In this document: positions 18,746 to 29,211 of the stretch, piece after piece | Numbering within the stretch: the first letter of the stretch is position 1 | Layout: each line of letters begins with the position of its first letter | Assembly (NCBI GenBank): GCA_044376115.1 | Contig: JBILLK010000011.1 | Span: forward strand, 283,628 to 347,627 | From: Polyangiaceae bacterium | GTDB lineage: Bacteria; Myxococcota_A; Polyangia; Polyangiales; Polyangiaceae | DNA: 64,000 nt | Reading direction: 5' to 3' | Translations under genes and position numbers: made by a program | Notes under the pieces: generated by a model | Database searches by the model: none | The model's input: the letters and a program-made list of their open reading frames with translations, nothing else | Told to the model about the DNA's origin: nothing

Positions 18746-19417
18746 TCAGCCGAAGGTCGGTTCGTCCTCCAAGAAGAACTTGGTTGGCCGCCCGTAGAAG
18801 GCCTCGAGCTCGGCGGGGGTGCCAAACCTCGTGGTGGCGCGCCGATCGGAGACCGGAACCGATAGCACCGCAGGGGCCGCGGGATCCTGCTGCTTTTGTT
18901 GCAGAAGGTGTTCGATCACGGCCTCCAGCGAGGCTTGCTCCCCCTGCACGAGCGGCTCGAGGAATCGCCTTCGAATCAGGACTGGCCGCCCGACGTGGCC
19001 CTCATAGATCGGCTGCACGACGGCTGGGTTTGACTGTGCGCCGCGCAGCAGCTCCCGGCGGATTGCGCTGGAAGAGGCGGGCATGCCCACCGGCTCGATC
19101 ATTAGCCACTCGTCCGGGCCGGCCTCGAGCAGCTCGAGCGCGCGTTTGATCGAGCTGTCGCCTTGCTCTGCAGAGACGATCAGATCGAGGCCGCGTTGCG
19201 AGAAGCCTGAGAGCACGCGCGCTACCTTGCTCGGCACGACCAGCACGACGCGCGGCGTTCCGTCGTCGAGGTGGGCGCGTGCGTGTGCGATCGCCAGCGG
19301 TAACTCTCCTGGGCCTTCACCCCAGCGAATCGCGAGCAGCGCTTTGGGGCCGCCCATCTCTTCGCCTCGGTCGGTGGCGCAAATGATCGACGTGTAGGTA
19401 ATTTCGGCGTCACTCAT
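18746..19417 (-). CDS. MobA/MocA-like nucleotidyltransferase (divergent)
   Basis: MGGPKALL and G-x-PVLI motifs; overlaps the xdhC stop. Confidence 0.65.
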   Translation of the reverse strand: MSDAEITYTSIICATDRGEEMGGPKALLAIRWGEGPGELPLAIAHARAHLDDGTPRVVLVVPSKVARVLSGFSQRGLDLIVSAEQGDSSIKRALELLEAGPDEWLMIEPVGMPASSSAIRRELLRGAQSNPAVVQPIYEGHVGRPVLIRRRFLEPLVQGEQASLEAVIEHLLQQKQQDPAAPAVLSVPVSDRRATTRFGTPAELEAFYGRPTKFFLEDEPTFG

Positions 19418-20318
19418 GAACAAGGCTTTCGCTAGGAGCTTCGGTTCGAATAGAAGGCTTGGGTTCAGCGCTGCTTCGTGTGCGCTGCTTGGCTCGTTCA
19501 GCACGCCAAGCGACGAGCTCTGCTGCGATGGCTACGGCGATCTCCATCGGCGAGCGTGCGCCAACTGGTAGGCCAACGGGCATACGCACGCGGTCGATGT
19601 CCTTGGAGCTCACCCCTTTGGCGCTCAACCGTTCGCTCGTGCGGATCGCTTTGCGCTTGCTACCAACGCCGCCAACATAGGCAAAACCGTGGCCGAGCGC
19701 CCACTCGATCGCTCGCTGATCGAGCTGATGGTCGTGCGTTGCAACGAGCAGGGCTGCCCCGCGCGGTGGCCCGAGCAGCGCCAAAAGCTCTGGGTCGTCG
19801 TGGGCGTAGGACGCGATCGCAACGCCCGCTGCAGCGGCTTTGGCCAGTCGGTCTCCCTCATGGGCGCACTCGCGTTCGTCGCTGAGCACGACCTCAAAGT
19901 CGAGCTCGGCGAGCAGTGTTGCGGTGCGCAATCCAACGTGACCAGCTCCGATCAAAAGCACCTGCTGCTTTAGGTTGAAGGGCTCAATCAGCACGTCCGC
20001 GGAGCCGCCGCAGCACATGCCCAAGCTCGGTCCGAGCTGAAACGTGTGAACCCTGACTTCAGGATTACGTTCATCGAGTTGGCGTTTGAGTTGTTGAATC
20101 ACCGCGAACTCGACAGCGCCACCGCCGACCGTGCCGAGCACTTCGGTGGTCCCCGCGTCGCGCCAGAGCGCGAGTTTTTGTCCGGGCGTTGCGGGCGCCG
20201 AGCCTCGGCGTGCAACCACGGTCGCCACTGCGACGGCGAGCCTCGCGCTGAGCCGCTCGGCAACCTTGGCGGTTACCTGCTCAGGGGTCGCATCGTTCGG
20301 AAGGCGATCGAGAGACAC
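19410..20318 (-). CDS. xdhC: XdhC/CoxI molybdenum cofactor chaperone
   Basis: GSAP, GTVGGG, LGMCCGG, GAGHVG, THDH, YVGGVGSKRK, PVGL...SPMEIAVAIAAE. Confidence 0.92.
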   Translation of the reverse strand: MSLDRLPNDATPEQVTAKVAERLSARLAVAVATVVARRGSAPATPGQKLALWRDAGTTEVLGTVGGGAVEFAVIQQLKRQLDERNPEVRVHTFQLGPSLGMCCGGSADVLIEPFNLKQQVLLIGAGHVGLRTATLLAELDFEVVLSDERECAHEGDRLAKAAAAGVAIASYAHDDPELLALLGPPRGAALLVATHDHQLDQRAIEWALGHGFAYVGGVGSKRKAIRTSERLSAKGVSSKDIDRVRMPVGLPVGARSPMEIAVAIAAELVAWRAERAKQRTRSSAEPKPSIRTEAPSESLVHE

Positions 20319-20409
20319 GTGCGTAAACTACCACAGCCCCTCATCCAACGGCCAAGCGCGGCTCGACAGCTTCGTCGACGCCCGCTACGTGCTTCGCTAT
20401 GAGGCTTGG

Positions 20410-22072
20410 GGTGAAGTCTGATCCCCCGCCGGTGACCCCACGCGAAGTGCCAACGTTGCCAGCGGATGAGCGACGTGACCTCGCCTTACGCTTGGCTTCT
20501 CCAGGATTTACGCCTTCGGCGAAGCAAGCTTTTGCGCTTGTTCGTTTGGCCAATGAGGCATCGCTCGAGAGCGATACGGCGCTCTCCGAGTCAGCGCTTC
20601 GTGCGCTTCGTGCGATTCAAGGTCCGGTCGTGCGGCGGCTCGCCGAGGTTATGCCGCTGCTCGCTCCAGAGGTCAGGCTGGGCACGGTGGACGCACTGAG
20701 GCGGCGCGCGAGCCCCGCCGACGCAGCGGCCTTTGTGGAGCTTTTGGGTGGTCTGCTCAATGATCCCAGCGCCGCCGTGCGTCGCATGGCGGCGCGCTCC
20801 CTCGGTGAAGTCGGTGGCACAGCGAGTGAAGCGGTCTTGCGTGACGTGCTCGCGCAAACGCGGGGAAGCCACGAACGACGGCCGCTGGTGCGCGCTCTTT
20901 TGGAGCTCGGTGCAGAGCTCGATTCCGAGCTGCTCGCAGAGCTGCAGGAGGACCCTCAGGCCAAAAGACGCCAGCTCGCGGCGCTGCGCGACAGGCAGCG
21001 TGAAGAGCCTCTCGACTGGGACGCTGGAGCTCGCTTGGCCTCCGCCATCCCGACGCGCTGGCTGTGCAGACGCGGGTTCGAGTCGGTGCTCGCCGATGAA
21101 TTGGCGACATCGGCCATGCAGGTCGCGCAGCTCGAGCCGTTGCACGGCGGCGTGCGCGGACGCGTTGCGGGCAGCTTGGCAACGATCGCCGACGTACGCT
21201 GCGCCAGTGAAGTCTGCTTCGAGCTTGGCGCGCTCGGCGACGAGCCCTTGCTCGTCGCGGCGCAAGAGCGGTTGCGGGGGCCGGTCGCGCGCGCGGTGTT
21301 TGCTGCGGTGGGTTCGACCCGACCGAGGTTCCGCTTCGAGCAGACGGACGAGCGTGGCCGCCCGGTGACGGTGCCGAAAGCCCTGTTGTGGGACTTTGCA
21401 GCCGCGTTCCCAGCAACGCCCGCCAGCGCTGAGCTAGCGCCCATCAACGACCCAAAACGGGCTGACTTTGTGCTGCGGCTCTTGGAGCACGCGGAGGAGC
21501 GTAGCTTGGTGTTGGTGCCTCGCATGCCGGAGACACGCTTTAGCTACCGCGCGGCCGATGTTCCCGCGGCCTCTCATCCTCCGATCGCAGCGGCACTCGC
21601 CCGCGTCGCGGGGGTCGAACCGCGTGACGTGGTGTGGGACCCGTTCGTCGGGAGTGGACTCGAACTGTGTGAACGGGCGCTGCTAGGGCCGTTTGCGAAG
21701 CTATGGGGCACCGATCTCGACGAGGGCGCCTTGAGCAAAGCGGCGCTCAACCTGGGCAAGCTCGGCCGAACACCGTTCGAACTTGTGCGGGCCGACGCGC
21801 GCAGCTTCGAGGTTCCCGGCTTGACCTGCGTGATCACCAACCCGCCGATGGGCCGTCGACTGCTCCGAGATCGCGACGTTGCGGCGCTGCTCGAGGCCGT
21901 GATCGCGAACGCAGCCGCGCAGTTGCGCCCGGGTGGTCGCATCGTGTTGCTCAGCCCAGCGCCAGGCCCGACGGCTCAGGCGATGCGTCGGGCTGGGCTC
22001 GAAGATCGCGTTGACCAGCGGGTCGATATGGGCGGGTTCGACGCTTGGCTGCAGCGCTTTGACCGGCCCTGA
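20410..22072 (+). CDS. HEAT-repeat plus class I SAM-dependent methyltransferase (RlmL/Trm11-like)
   Basis: HEAT-like DPSAAVRRMAARSLG; DPFVGSG, GTD and TNPPMG motifs. Start approximate. Confidence 0.75.
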
Positions 22073-24103
22073 CTAGAAGCCGATCTGTGCCCGGAACTTG
22101 AGCGCGAGAAACGTCACGGCCGCTGCAAGCACGAGCACCAAAAGGCAGACGATCACCAACATTACCTTGGAGCCGCCGCCGGACTTCGCGGGTGGCTGCG
22201 CTGGGGCTGCGGCCTGAAGGCCCTGATTGGGCCCGGGCGCCAACAAGTCCTGCGAGGGTGGGAACATGTTGGCCGGTTGCAGCTGTGGTTGCGACTGTTG
22301 CAGCTGTTGCAGTTGGGGATCCTGCGTCGCAGGGGAGGGGAACACGGCGCTCGTCCCCTGCTGTTGCTGTTGCTGCTGCAAAAAGAGTGAACTCTGGTCG
22401 CCGAACGGAGCCTGAAGCCCACCGTGCGGGGTGGTGGAAAACGGACGGGATTGACCGTTGCCAGCGCCTTGCGGCGTGAATGGCCCCGATATTCCCAGGC
22501 TCATTCCGCCGTTGGGGGTAGGCGGCGAGGTCCCGTCAGGCGTGGGACCCAGCGCAGAAAGCGTTTCACTGATCAACGCGGAGACCCCGCTTCCTCCGGC
22601 TTGCTGAAGTGGGGGGCCAGGAGGTGCCGGGCGCTGCGCGGCGGCCGGCGGCCGATCCGTTTGCGCCGTTGCTTGGAAGGGAGCACCTACTGGTGGAGGC
22701 GCCGGAGCCCATTGTCCGCGCGGCGGTGGAGGCGCGGGCGGCACGTACTGCGGCCCCGTCGGAACGGGCGCCTCTCGCATCACCGTTCGCTGCCCGTCGT
22801 CGTCGTCGTCCTCCTCCGGTTCAACATCAACAGCGGAGGCGCTGGTCAGACGACTTACCTCTGCAAGCAGGTCGGCGGACGGCACCTGGTGCATCACCGT
22901 GCGCACGTCGTCGTGATCGCGCGGAGGTGGGTTGGTGCTGAGCGTTGTCGGCGGCGGAGCAAACCCCGCGCGCGGCCCTTGCGGCGCCTGCGCAACCGCT
23001 TGCTGTGCTGCTGCGGCTACCTCGGCGCCAACGCCGAGCTGCGTCGACTTGAATGCACGAGGCACGCGAGGCCGAGAGACGGGCGGCTCGAGACCCTGCT
23101 GAGGCGAAGCTACGGTCGCGGACTCGTACGGAGAGGGCTGCGGCCGACTCGGTGGCACTTGCCGACCCGGTGCCGACGGTGGCATTGGCGGCATCGCAGC
23201 GGGCGGTCGGTGTGCCGCTATGCCTGCGAGTGCGTCGGAAAGCTGCGGAGCCGTAGCGATTCGGGTGGTCTGCCCAAAGTCCTCATCCTGATTCTGTTGC
23301 AGCGTTTGATCCGGACTTGGTGGTGCGGGCGGTGGCGGTGGCGACGAGCCCCCTGCTGCACGAGCCGCGAGCGCGATGATGTGGGCCGGGAGCTCCCGCA
23401 TCACGGTGGCGTCTTGTTCTCCAAACGCTGACGAAGAGACCATCGGAGCCTTCGACGATTCCGTGGTGCGCGTCGAGTGGCCTGAAGACGTGTCTTGGTT
23501 CTCGTCGAAGATCATTCCCTCCATGGCCAGCATGGCGGTGGCCCCCTGATCGTCCTCACCGCCCTCTTCATCCTCGAGCGCCGGCAGGTGTCGGAAGCCA
23601 GGCTGCTGGGACCAATGCTCGAGCTGCATGCGAAAGGTTGCGACGTTGGCGGTCCTGCGACGCGGATCTGCAATCAACGCGGCGGCGAGGATGGCGTGGA
23701 GCTGATTGTCGTCAACGCGGTAGTGGGCGAGCGGCACGAGCAGTTGCTGTTGGCGCTCACTGATCTCTTGCCGCGACTCACCGAACGGCGCAGCGCCCGT
23801 AAGGGCCTTGTACAGCGTAGCTGCGAGCCCCCAAGCGTCATCAACGGGAGAGAGCTGACCGTCGCGAAGTCGCTCGGGAGAGTGAAAGCCGATGGCCTCC
23901 GCGGTGCGCCGGACGTCCGCGACTTGGCCGCGGCTCATGGGGTGGCTTGTCTCGATCAGCACGCAAGCCGGGGAGACACAGCCGTGCGCCACACCATGCA
24001 CGTGCAGCGACTCCAAATGCTTGGACAGGCGGATGATCCAGCCGACTGATTCGAGGGGCAAAAGCGCGCCCCGACGATGAATCCAATTCTCGAGCGTTTC
24101 CAA
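22073..24103 (-). CDS. Pseudokinase (C-lobe only) with long Pro/Gln-rich region and C-terminal TM anchor
   Basis: LH-x-x-GVAHGCVSPACVLI, GFHSPE, DAWGLAATLY...TG-x-x-PF; terminal hydrophobic helix. Confidence 0.75.
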   Translation of the reverse strand: METLENWIHRRGALLPLESVGWIIRLSKHLESLHVHGVAHGCVSPACVLIETSHPMSRGQVADVRRTAEAIGFHSPERLRDGQLSPVDDAWGLAATLYKALTGAAPFGESRQEISERQQQLLVPLAHYRVDDNQLHAILAAALIADPRRRTANVATFRMQLEHWSQQPGFRHLPALEDEEGGEDDQGATAMLAMEGMIFDENQDTSSGHSTRTTESSKAPMVSSSAFGEQDATVMRELPAHIIALAARAAGGSSPPPPPAPPSPDQTLQQNQDEDFGQTTRIATAPQLSDALAGIAAHRPPAAMPPMPPSAPGRQVPPSRPQPSPYESATVASPQQGLEPPVSRPRVPRAFKSTQLGVGAEVAAAAQQAVAQAPQGPRAGFAPPPTTLSTNPPPRDHDDVRTVMHQVPSADLLAEVSRLTSASAVDVEPEEDDDDDGQRTVMREAPVPTGPQYVPPAPPPPRGQWAPAPPPVGAPFQATAQTDRPPAAAQRPAPPGPPLQQAGGSGVSALISETLSALGPTPDGTSPPTPNGGMSLGISGPFTPQGAGNGQSRPFSTTPHGGLQAPFGDQSSLFLQQQQQQQGTSAVFPSPATQDPQLQQLQQSQPQLQPANMFPPSQDLLAPGPNQGLQAAAPAQPPAKSGGGSKVMLVIVCLLVLVLAAAVTFLALKFRAQIGF

Positions 24104-24179
24104 CCGACAGCCTTCAACCCTAGTGTAACGGAACGTGCCAGCTAAGTCCCAGTACCTGCAGGAGCATGAGCTAGTTCTC

Positions 24180-25562
24180 TCAGAGACGAGCGATTCTTAG
24201 TGTGTTCCTGACCGCTTCGATAGAGGGCTCGTTGTCCAGCTCCGCCAAAAGGCGGTCTGCCGGGGAGCGAAGACTTTGGGTCAATTGGGTGAGTGCCTGT
24301 AGGTGGACGGCCTCGGATTGGCCTTGCTTGTCGTAGCGGCCGCGCCGTTCGAGTCCGCCGCGGGCAATTTCGAGAACGCGAAGTGCGACCTCGCCAGCGG
24401 GACGCCCTCGAAATGGCGCGGAAAGAGCCAGCATCGGGATCTCCTGACGGAGCGCCGTGAGTTCCTCGAAGCTGAAGCTCTCAACCAGGCTCTCGACTTC
24501 GTCGAGCGCCTTGCCGTCATAGAAAAGGCCGGCAAATAGGGCGGCTGGCGCCGCGACCAGGTCACCCGGCACCGAATCTCCGCCGCGAACCTCGAGCGTG
24601 CGCTTGAGCCGCACCTCGGGAAACAGCGAGTTTAGGTGGGTGACCCAGTCCAACTTCGTCGCGGTGAGTCCCGAGAAGCCATGCTTCATGAAGCTGCGGA
24701 AGCTCTGGCCGGTGTTCTCGTGCACAACCCCATCGCGCAGAACCAGGAACATGGGCGCATCCAACGCCCAATTCACGTAGTCGACGAAGGTGCTGCCCGG
24801 CGTAAGCACCGACGGCACCAACCCCTGACGCGATGAATCGACGTCCAGCCAGACGTGGGCTCGGTAGCTCTTCCCGCCAAAGCGCTTGCCTTCGTAGAAC
24901 GGAGCGTTGGCGAACATGGCGGTGAAGAACGGGGCCGTGCGCAAGCCGACTCGCAGCGAGCGCATGGCGTGCTCCTCGGAGCTGTAGTCATAATTCGCCT
25001 GAACCGTCGCCGTGCGTCGCATCATGTCGAGCCCGTTGGCTCCCACCGCCGGCAGATACCTGCGCATGATCGCGTAGCGCGGCTTGGGCACCCAGGTGAG
25101 CTCGGCTTGGCTCGCTAGCGGGTGAAATCCGAGCCCAAACCATTGGATCTTCGAGCCGCCGTGGCGTGCGGCCAACGCGTCGGAGACGGCGTGCAGTTCT
25201 TTGAGGTGGGCGTCGAACTCCTCGCGGATCAGGTGGGCGTTATCGAGCGGTGCACCCGAGAGCTCCAACTGGGCACCAGGCTCGAGGGTGACCGACGCGC
25301 CGTTCTTTTCGAGCGCCAACAGGGGGTCGTCGTCCACCACCTTCCAACCGTGGGAAGCGACGAGCTCACGCATGACCTCCACCACACCGTTGGGCCCATC
25401 GTAGGCGACAGGTGCGAAGCTCCCCTCGAGCAGGCCCACCTTTTCGGCCTCTGCACCGATGCGAAACTCGCTGGTCGGTTTGCAGGCCGAAACGAACGGC
25501 TCCACCAGATCGTCCATGTTTCGGACGGGGGCGAGCTCACTGGAAGTCGGTTGGTGTCCCAT
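24180..25562 (-). CDS. gshA: Glutamate-cysteine ligase (plant/alphaproteobacterial type)
   Basis: IGAEAEK, TLEPGAQLELSG, PKPRYAIM, MMRRTATVQAN, FPEVRLK...LEVRGGD. Confidence 0.9.
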   Translation of the reverse strand: MGHQPTSSELAPVRNMDDLVEPFVSACKPTSEFRIGAEAEKVGLLEGSFAPVAYDGPNGVVEVMRELVASHGWKVVDDDPLLALEKNGASVTLEPGAQLELSGAPLDNAHLIREEFDAHLKELHAVSDALAARHGGSKIQWFGLGFHPLASQAELTWVPKPRYAIMRRYLPAVGANGLDMMRRTATVQANYDYSSEEHAMRSLRVGLRTAPFFTAMFANAPFYEGKRFGGKSYRAHVWLDVDSSRQGLVPSVLTPGSTFVDYVNWALDAPMFLVLRDGVVHENTGQSFRSFMKHGFSGLTATKLDWVTHLNSLFPEVRLKRTLEVRGGDSVPGDLVAAPAALFAGLFYDGKALDEVESLVESFSFEELTALRQEIPMLALSAPFRGRPAGEVALRVLEIARGGLERRGRYDKQGQSEAVHLQALTQLTQSLRSPADRLLAELDNEPSIEAVRNTLRIARL

Positions 25563-25640
25563 GGGCGGCGTACTATACCGCTCTCCATAAGCGGTACCCC
25601 GGGTTACCACCGAGACACACCATTCCAAAGCGAGATCGCG

Positions 25641-26489
25641 ATGACGTACCTTCTCCGAGACCCGCTTCCCGAATTTAGGCGCACTCCGCTCGCGAATCGC
25701 AGCGACGCCGACCGGGTGATCGCCATGGTGGGTGAAAAGCTCCTGCTGGTAGGCCCGCGCAGCGCGCAACCAGCGTTGCCTCGGTGGGAAGACTTCGCGA
25801 GGGAACTGGGGCCCAAGGCTGAGTCACGCACCGTTGGCTCAATCGGCGGCTTGGGGTCGATGCAATTGGCCTTTTGGCCCGAGGACCAAGCGCTTCCCGC
25901 TGGCTGGGGCGCAGAACGAGCGCGCAACCTGCTCTTCCTGTTGCGCGAGCCCGAGCTGGAGCTCGCGCTCCTCGGCCAGCAATACGGTCATTTCTTGCGT
26001 ACGCACCGCTTTTGCGGCTGCTGCGGTGGCCCCACGGCCCCGCACGAGAAGGAGTTCGCGCAACATTGTCCGGCCTGCAAGCGAGACCTCTACCCGCAGA
26101 TCGCCCCGTGCATGATCACGCTGGTGCACGACGGTCCTCGCATCGTGCTCACGCGCGCACGGCACTTTCCCAAGGGCATGTACGGTCTCTCCGCGGGCTT
26201 CGTCGAGCCGGGGGAGTCGCTGGAGCATTGCGTACGGCGTGAAGTGCTCGAGGAGACCGCCCTGACGGTCAAGAACGTTCGCTACATCGCAAGTCAACCT
26301 TGGCCGATGCCCTCGCAGTTGATGGTTGGCTTCTTCGCCGAATATGAAGCTGGGGAGCTAACGCCCGATCTCGAGGAACTCGAAGAAGCCGCCTGGTTCG
26401 ATCTAGGAGAGCTGCCGGGGCTGCCGCCGCCGATGAGCATCGCCAAGTTCTTGATCGATAGGTACATCGAGGAGTTTCAACGTGGCTGA
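25641..26489 (+). CDS. nudC: NADH pyrophosphatase / NAD-cap decapping Nudix hydrolase
   Basis: Zinc ribbon FCGCCG...CPAC, Nudix box GFVEPGESLEHCVRREVLEET, and SQPWP. Confidence 0.93.
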   Translation: MTYLLRDPLPEFRRTPLANRSDADRVIAMVGEKLLLVGPRSAQPALPRWEDFARELGPKAESRTVGSIGGLGSMQLAFWPEDQALPAGWGAERARNLLFLLREPELELALLGQQYGHFLRTHRFCGCCGGPTAPHEKEFAQHCPACKRDLYPQIAPCMITLVHDGPRIVLTRARHFPKGMYGLSAGFVEPGESLEHCVRREVLEETALTVKNVRYIASQPWPMPSQLMVGFFAEYEAGELTPDLEELEEAAWFDLGELPGLPPPMSIAKFLIDRYIEEFQRG

Positions 26490-27348
26490 GCTGCATATCA
26501 TCGACGCTACGTACGAGTTGTTTCGAGCGTGGTTTGGCGCTCCTCCGCGCAAAGCTCCGGACGGCATGGAGGTGGGCGCCACGCGCGGTGTATTGGCCTC
26601 GCTGCTGCTGATCTTGCGCAAGCCCGGCGACGTCTTCATCGGTTGTGCGACAGACCACATCGTTCACAGCTTTCGTAACGAGCTTTGGCCTGGCTACAAG
26701 GATGACGGCGGGCTCGCTCCCGAGCTGTTCGCCCAATTTCAACTGCTCGAGGATCTGCTGCGGGAGCTCGGGCTCGTGGTTTGGCCGATGGTCGAGTTCG
26801 AGGCCGACGACGCGATGGCTACGGCGGCCCATTTGTTCGAGCGCGACTTCGAGCGCATCAACCTTTGCACGGTCGACAAAGACCTTGCGCAATGTGTGAA
26901 GGGAACCAGCATCATTCTCGAGGACCGACGACGTCGGACCACGACCGATGAGGCCGGGGTGCTCGAGAAGTTCGGTGTGCTACCCAGCTCCATTCCCGAC
27001 TACCTGGCGTTGGTCGGCGATACCGCGGACGGCTATCCCGGAATCACCGGCTTTGGGAAGAAGAGCGCCGCGGTCTTGCTGAGGGAGTTCGGCTCGCTGG
27101 AGGCGGTGCCACAAACCGTGGGCGCTTGGCCCAAAGAGCTGCGCGGCGCTGAGCGCCTGATCGAGGCCCTCATCTCCAATTGGGAGCATGCCCTGCTCTT
27201 CAAGCGGCTCGCGACGCTCCGCCGCGACGTACCGATGGCTGAAACGAGCCAGGCGCTATTGTGGAAGGGAGCGCTGCCAAGCTTTCGTCAGACCGCGGAG
27301 AGGCTCGGCTTTCCCGACCTGTGCGAGCGAATCCCGCGCTGGCAGTGA
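26482..27348 (+). CDS. 5'-3' exonuclease / flap endonuclease (ExoIX-like)
   Basis: IIDA, FRNELWPGYK, EADD, DKD, LALVGDTADGYPGITGFGKKSA. Confidence 0.92.
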   Translation: MAELHIIDATYELFRAWFGAPPRKAPDGMEVGATRGVLASLLLILRKPGDVFIGCATDHIVHSFRNELWPGYKDDGGLAPELFAQFQLLEDLLRELGLVVWPMVEFEADDAMATAAHLFERDFERINLCTVDKDLAQCVKGTSIILEDRRRRTTTDEAGVLEKFGVLPSSIPDYLALVGDTADGYPGITGFGKKSAAVLLREFGSLEAVPQTVGAWPKELRGAERLIEALISNWEHALLFKRLATLRRDVPMAETSQALLWKGALPSFRQTAERLGFPDLCERIPRWQ

Positions 27349-27366
27349 CCCCGATGGGCCGCGCGC

Positions 27367-29211
27367 TCAGTGATTCCAAGCCTCACGCACCATCTTCAAA
27401 AAGCTGCGCTGGTCAGCCACCCAATCGTCGACGTCGAAGCGCGCCTCTCCCGCGGAGTGAAGCGTCAGCTCATCCGCGAGGATCTCGCGCTCTCCCTGGA
27501 CCGTTTGCGGATGCAGCAGCTCGTCCACCACGCTCAGGCGGTTGAAGGCCGCGTTGCGCCGAAGCCGGCCTGCAAGCGTTGGTTGCCACGAAAGCACCTG
27601 CGGTTCGGCGGTCTCAACATCGAGTCGCTTCGAACCAAAGCGCGGGATGGTGATGCCGGAGATGCGCTGAATGGCGAGCGCCGCGTCATCGGCGTAGCCT
27701 TTGAGCAGCTCCACCGTGCCCGGCTCGACGTCTTCGAGCAGGCGCTTGTCGAGCACCTTGATGACCGCGAACAGGTCTTGCACGTGCGGCGCGTGACCGA
27801 AGAAGCCCACATCGCGATAGCGTTTGGTCAGCTCGGCCAGCTTCCAGACCAGTTCGTGGTCGGCCAAGTTGCCGATGATCGAAAGCCCGCGCAACACTCT
27901 CCGTGCCGTTGCTTCGTCTCGCATCGCGAGAGCTCGCGGCGCGAGTTCCAAGAGGATCAGCCGGCCTCGACTTTCTCCATGTAGCGCGAGCACCAATCCC
28001 TGCGTCGCGCGCACGATGGGCCTGGTTTCGGCGTCGCGGCCGTTGAGTGCTTCCAACATCATCGAAGACTTCGCGTTGCAGGTCGCCAGCGTCGCCAGTT
28101 CGGCCACCGTGGGATCAGGGTGGGTGAGCAGAGGCAGCATCGCGCCCGGTTGGAAGTAGCGTCGTCGGATCGCCGTCTGCAGCGCGACCACCATCAACTC
28201 TTTTCGGACATCCCCGCCCAGCAGCCCGCGGAGCCGATCATTGATCGCCGCCGAGGTCCCCAGCGAGAGCGCTTCAACGTAGGCTGGGAACACCTGCGGA
28301 TCAGCCGTTTTTAGCCCCATCTCAACCCACAGCAAGGCCGTGTCCGACGGTAGACACGAAAGGACGAAGGCGAAGGTGAAGGCGCGTCCACGATCGGGAA
28401 ACGACCACTCGGTGGCGTAGCCGTAAAGCGCCTCCGCGAGGTTCAACCGCGCTCGGCCTTCGACCACGGGGCGCGCGGTCGAGGTGAGCGCATCGAGGCA
28501 CGCAAGCAGCCGCTTCTCGAACTCCTCGGCGGTGATCCAAGGCTCGTGCTCGAAGCAGCGACGGAGCATCGAAAACGGCCCGATGTCCTCCATTGCCTCC
28601 CGCGCCAAGGTCTCCAACATCATCCGTTCGCGCTGCGTTCCACCGCTGCTCTTGCCAGGATGCTCGCGGCGAATGGCGGTCACGATCGATTGGTGGTCGT
28701 CGTTGGCTTCGTTCTCGGGATCATCGTCTGCCGGATCCGGCTCGCTCTCGGGGGCACCAAAAAACCGGGGCGCCGGCACCTGGATCCCGGGCTGGCAGGC
28801 TGGAGTGCCGTTGCTCGCGAGAAAGACGTCGAAGTCGGCGATCCGACGCAGGCTTTGCGGCGCTCGCCCGGCGGCGTCCGATTCGACGACCTGGTCGATC
28901 GCGCTCGACAGCAGCGCCACGAGAAATGCCTCCGCGTCCTGAAGCGACTCGCGCACCGTCGCGACGGTCACCTGCTCGACGCTCGCCTTCACCAGCTCGC
29001 GGGCCCTGCGAAGATGGGCCACCCAGTCTTCATCGGCGTCTTGTCCGCCGCGGAACTCCGAAAGTTCGGTGAGCGCCTGCCGAAGTGATTGGTCGACTGA
29101 AGACCCTTCGAACCCGCGCCCAGCGGTGGAAAGCCTCAACAGAATGTCTACCAACTCCTCCGCGAGGAGTTCGGCCCGTTCCTGGACATCCTTCATTCCC
29201 GAGGAACTCAT
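27367..29211 (-). CDS. T6SS-locus associated helical protein (TIGR02270-like)
   Basis: Last gene of the vgrG operon, translationally coupled. The 'EEFEKRLLACLDAL' segment and HEAT-like helices resemble TIGR02270 proteins. Confidence 0.55.
   Translation of the reverse strand: MSSSGMKDVQERAELLAEELVDILLRLSTAGRGFEGSSVDQSLRQALTELSEFRGGQDADEDWVAHLRRARELVKASVEQVTVATVRESLQDAEAFLVALLSSAIDQVVESDAAGRAPQSLRRIADFDVFLASNGTPACQPGIQVPAPRFFGAPESEPDPADDDPENEANDDHQSIVTAIRREHPGKSSGGTQRERMMLETLAREAMEDIGPFSMLRRCFEHEPWITAEEFEKRLLACLDALTSTARPVVEGRARLNLAEALYGYATEWSFPDRGRAFTFAFVLSCLPSDTALLWVEMGLKTADPQVFPAYVEALSLGTSAAINDRLRGLLGGDVRKELMVVALQTAIRRRYFQPGAMLPLLTHPDPTVAELATLATCNAKSSMMLEALNGRDAETRPIVRATQGLVLALHGESRGRLILLELAPRALAMRDEATARRVLRGLSIIGNLADHELVWKLAELTKRYRDVGFFGHAPHVQDLFAVIKVLDKRLLEDVEPGTVELLKGYADDAALAIQRISGITIPRFGSKRLDVETAEPQVLSWQPTLAGRLRRNAAFNRLSVVDELLHPQTVQGEREILADELTLHSAGEARFDVDDWVADQRSFLKMVREAWNH

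Noticed and set aside
24125..24141. Sigma54-like TGGCAC elements (also near 11213 and 46587)
   Set aside because: The GG-N10-GC spacing is not met in any of them.
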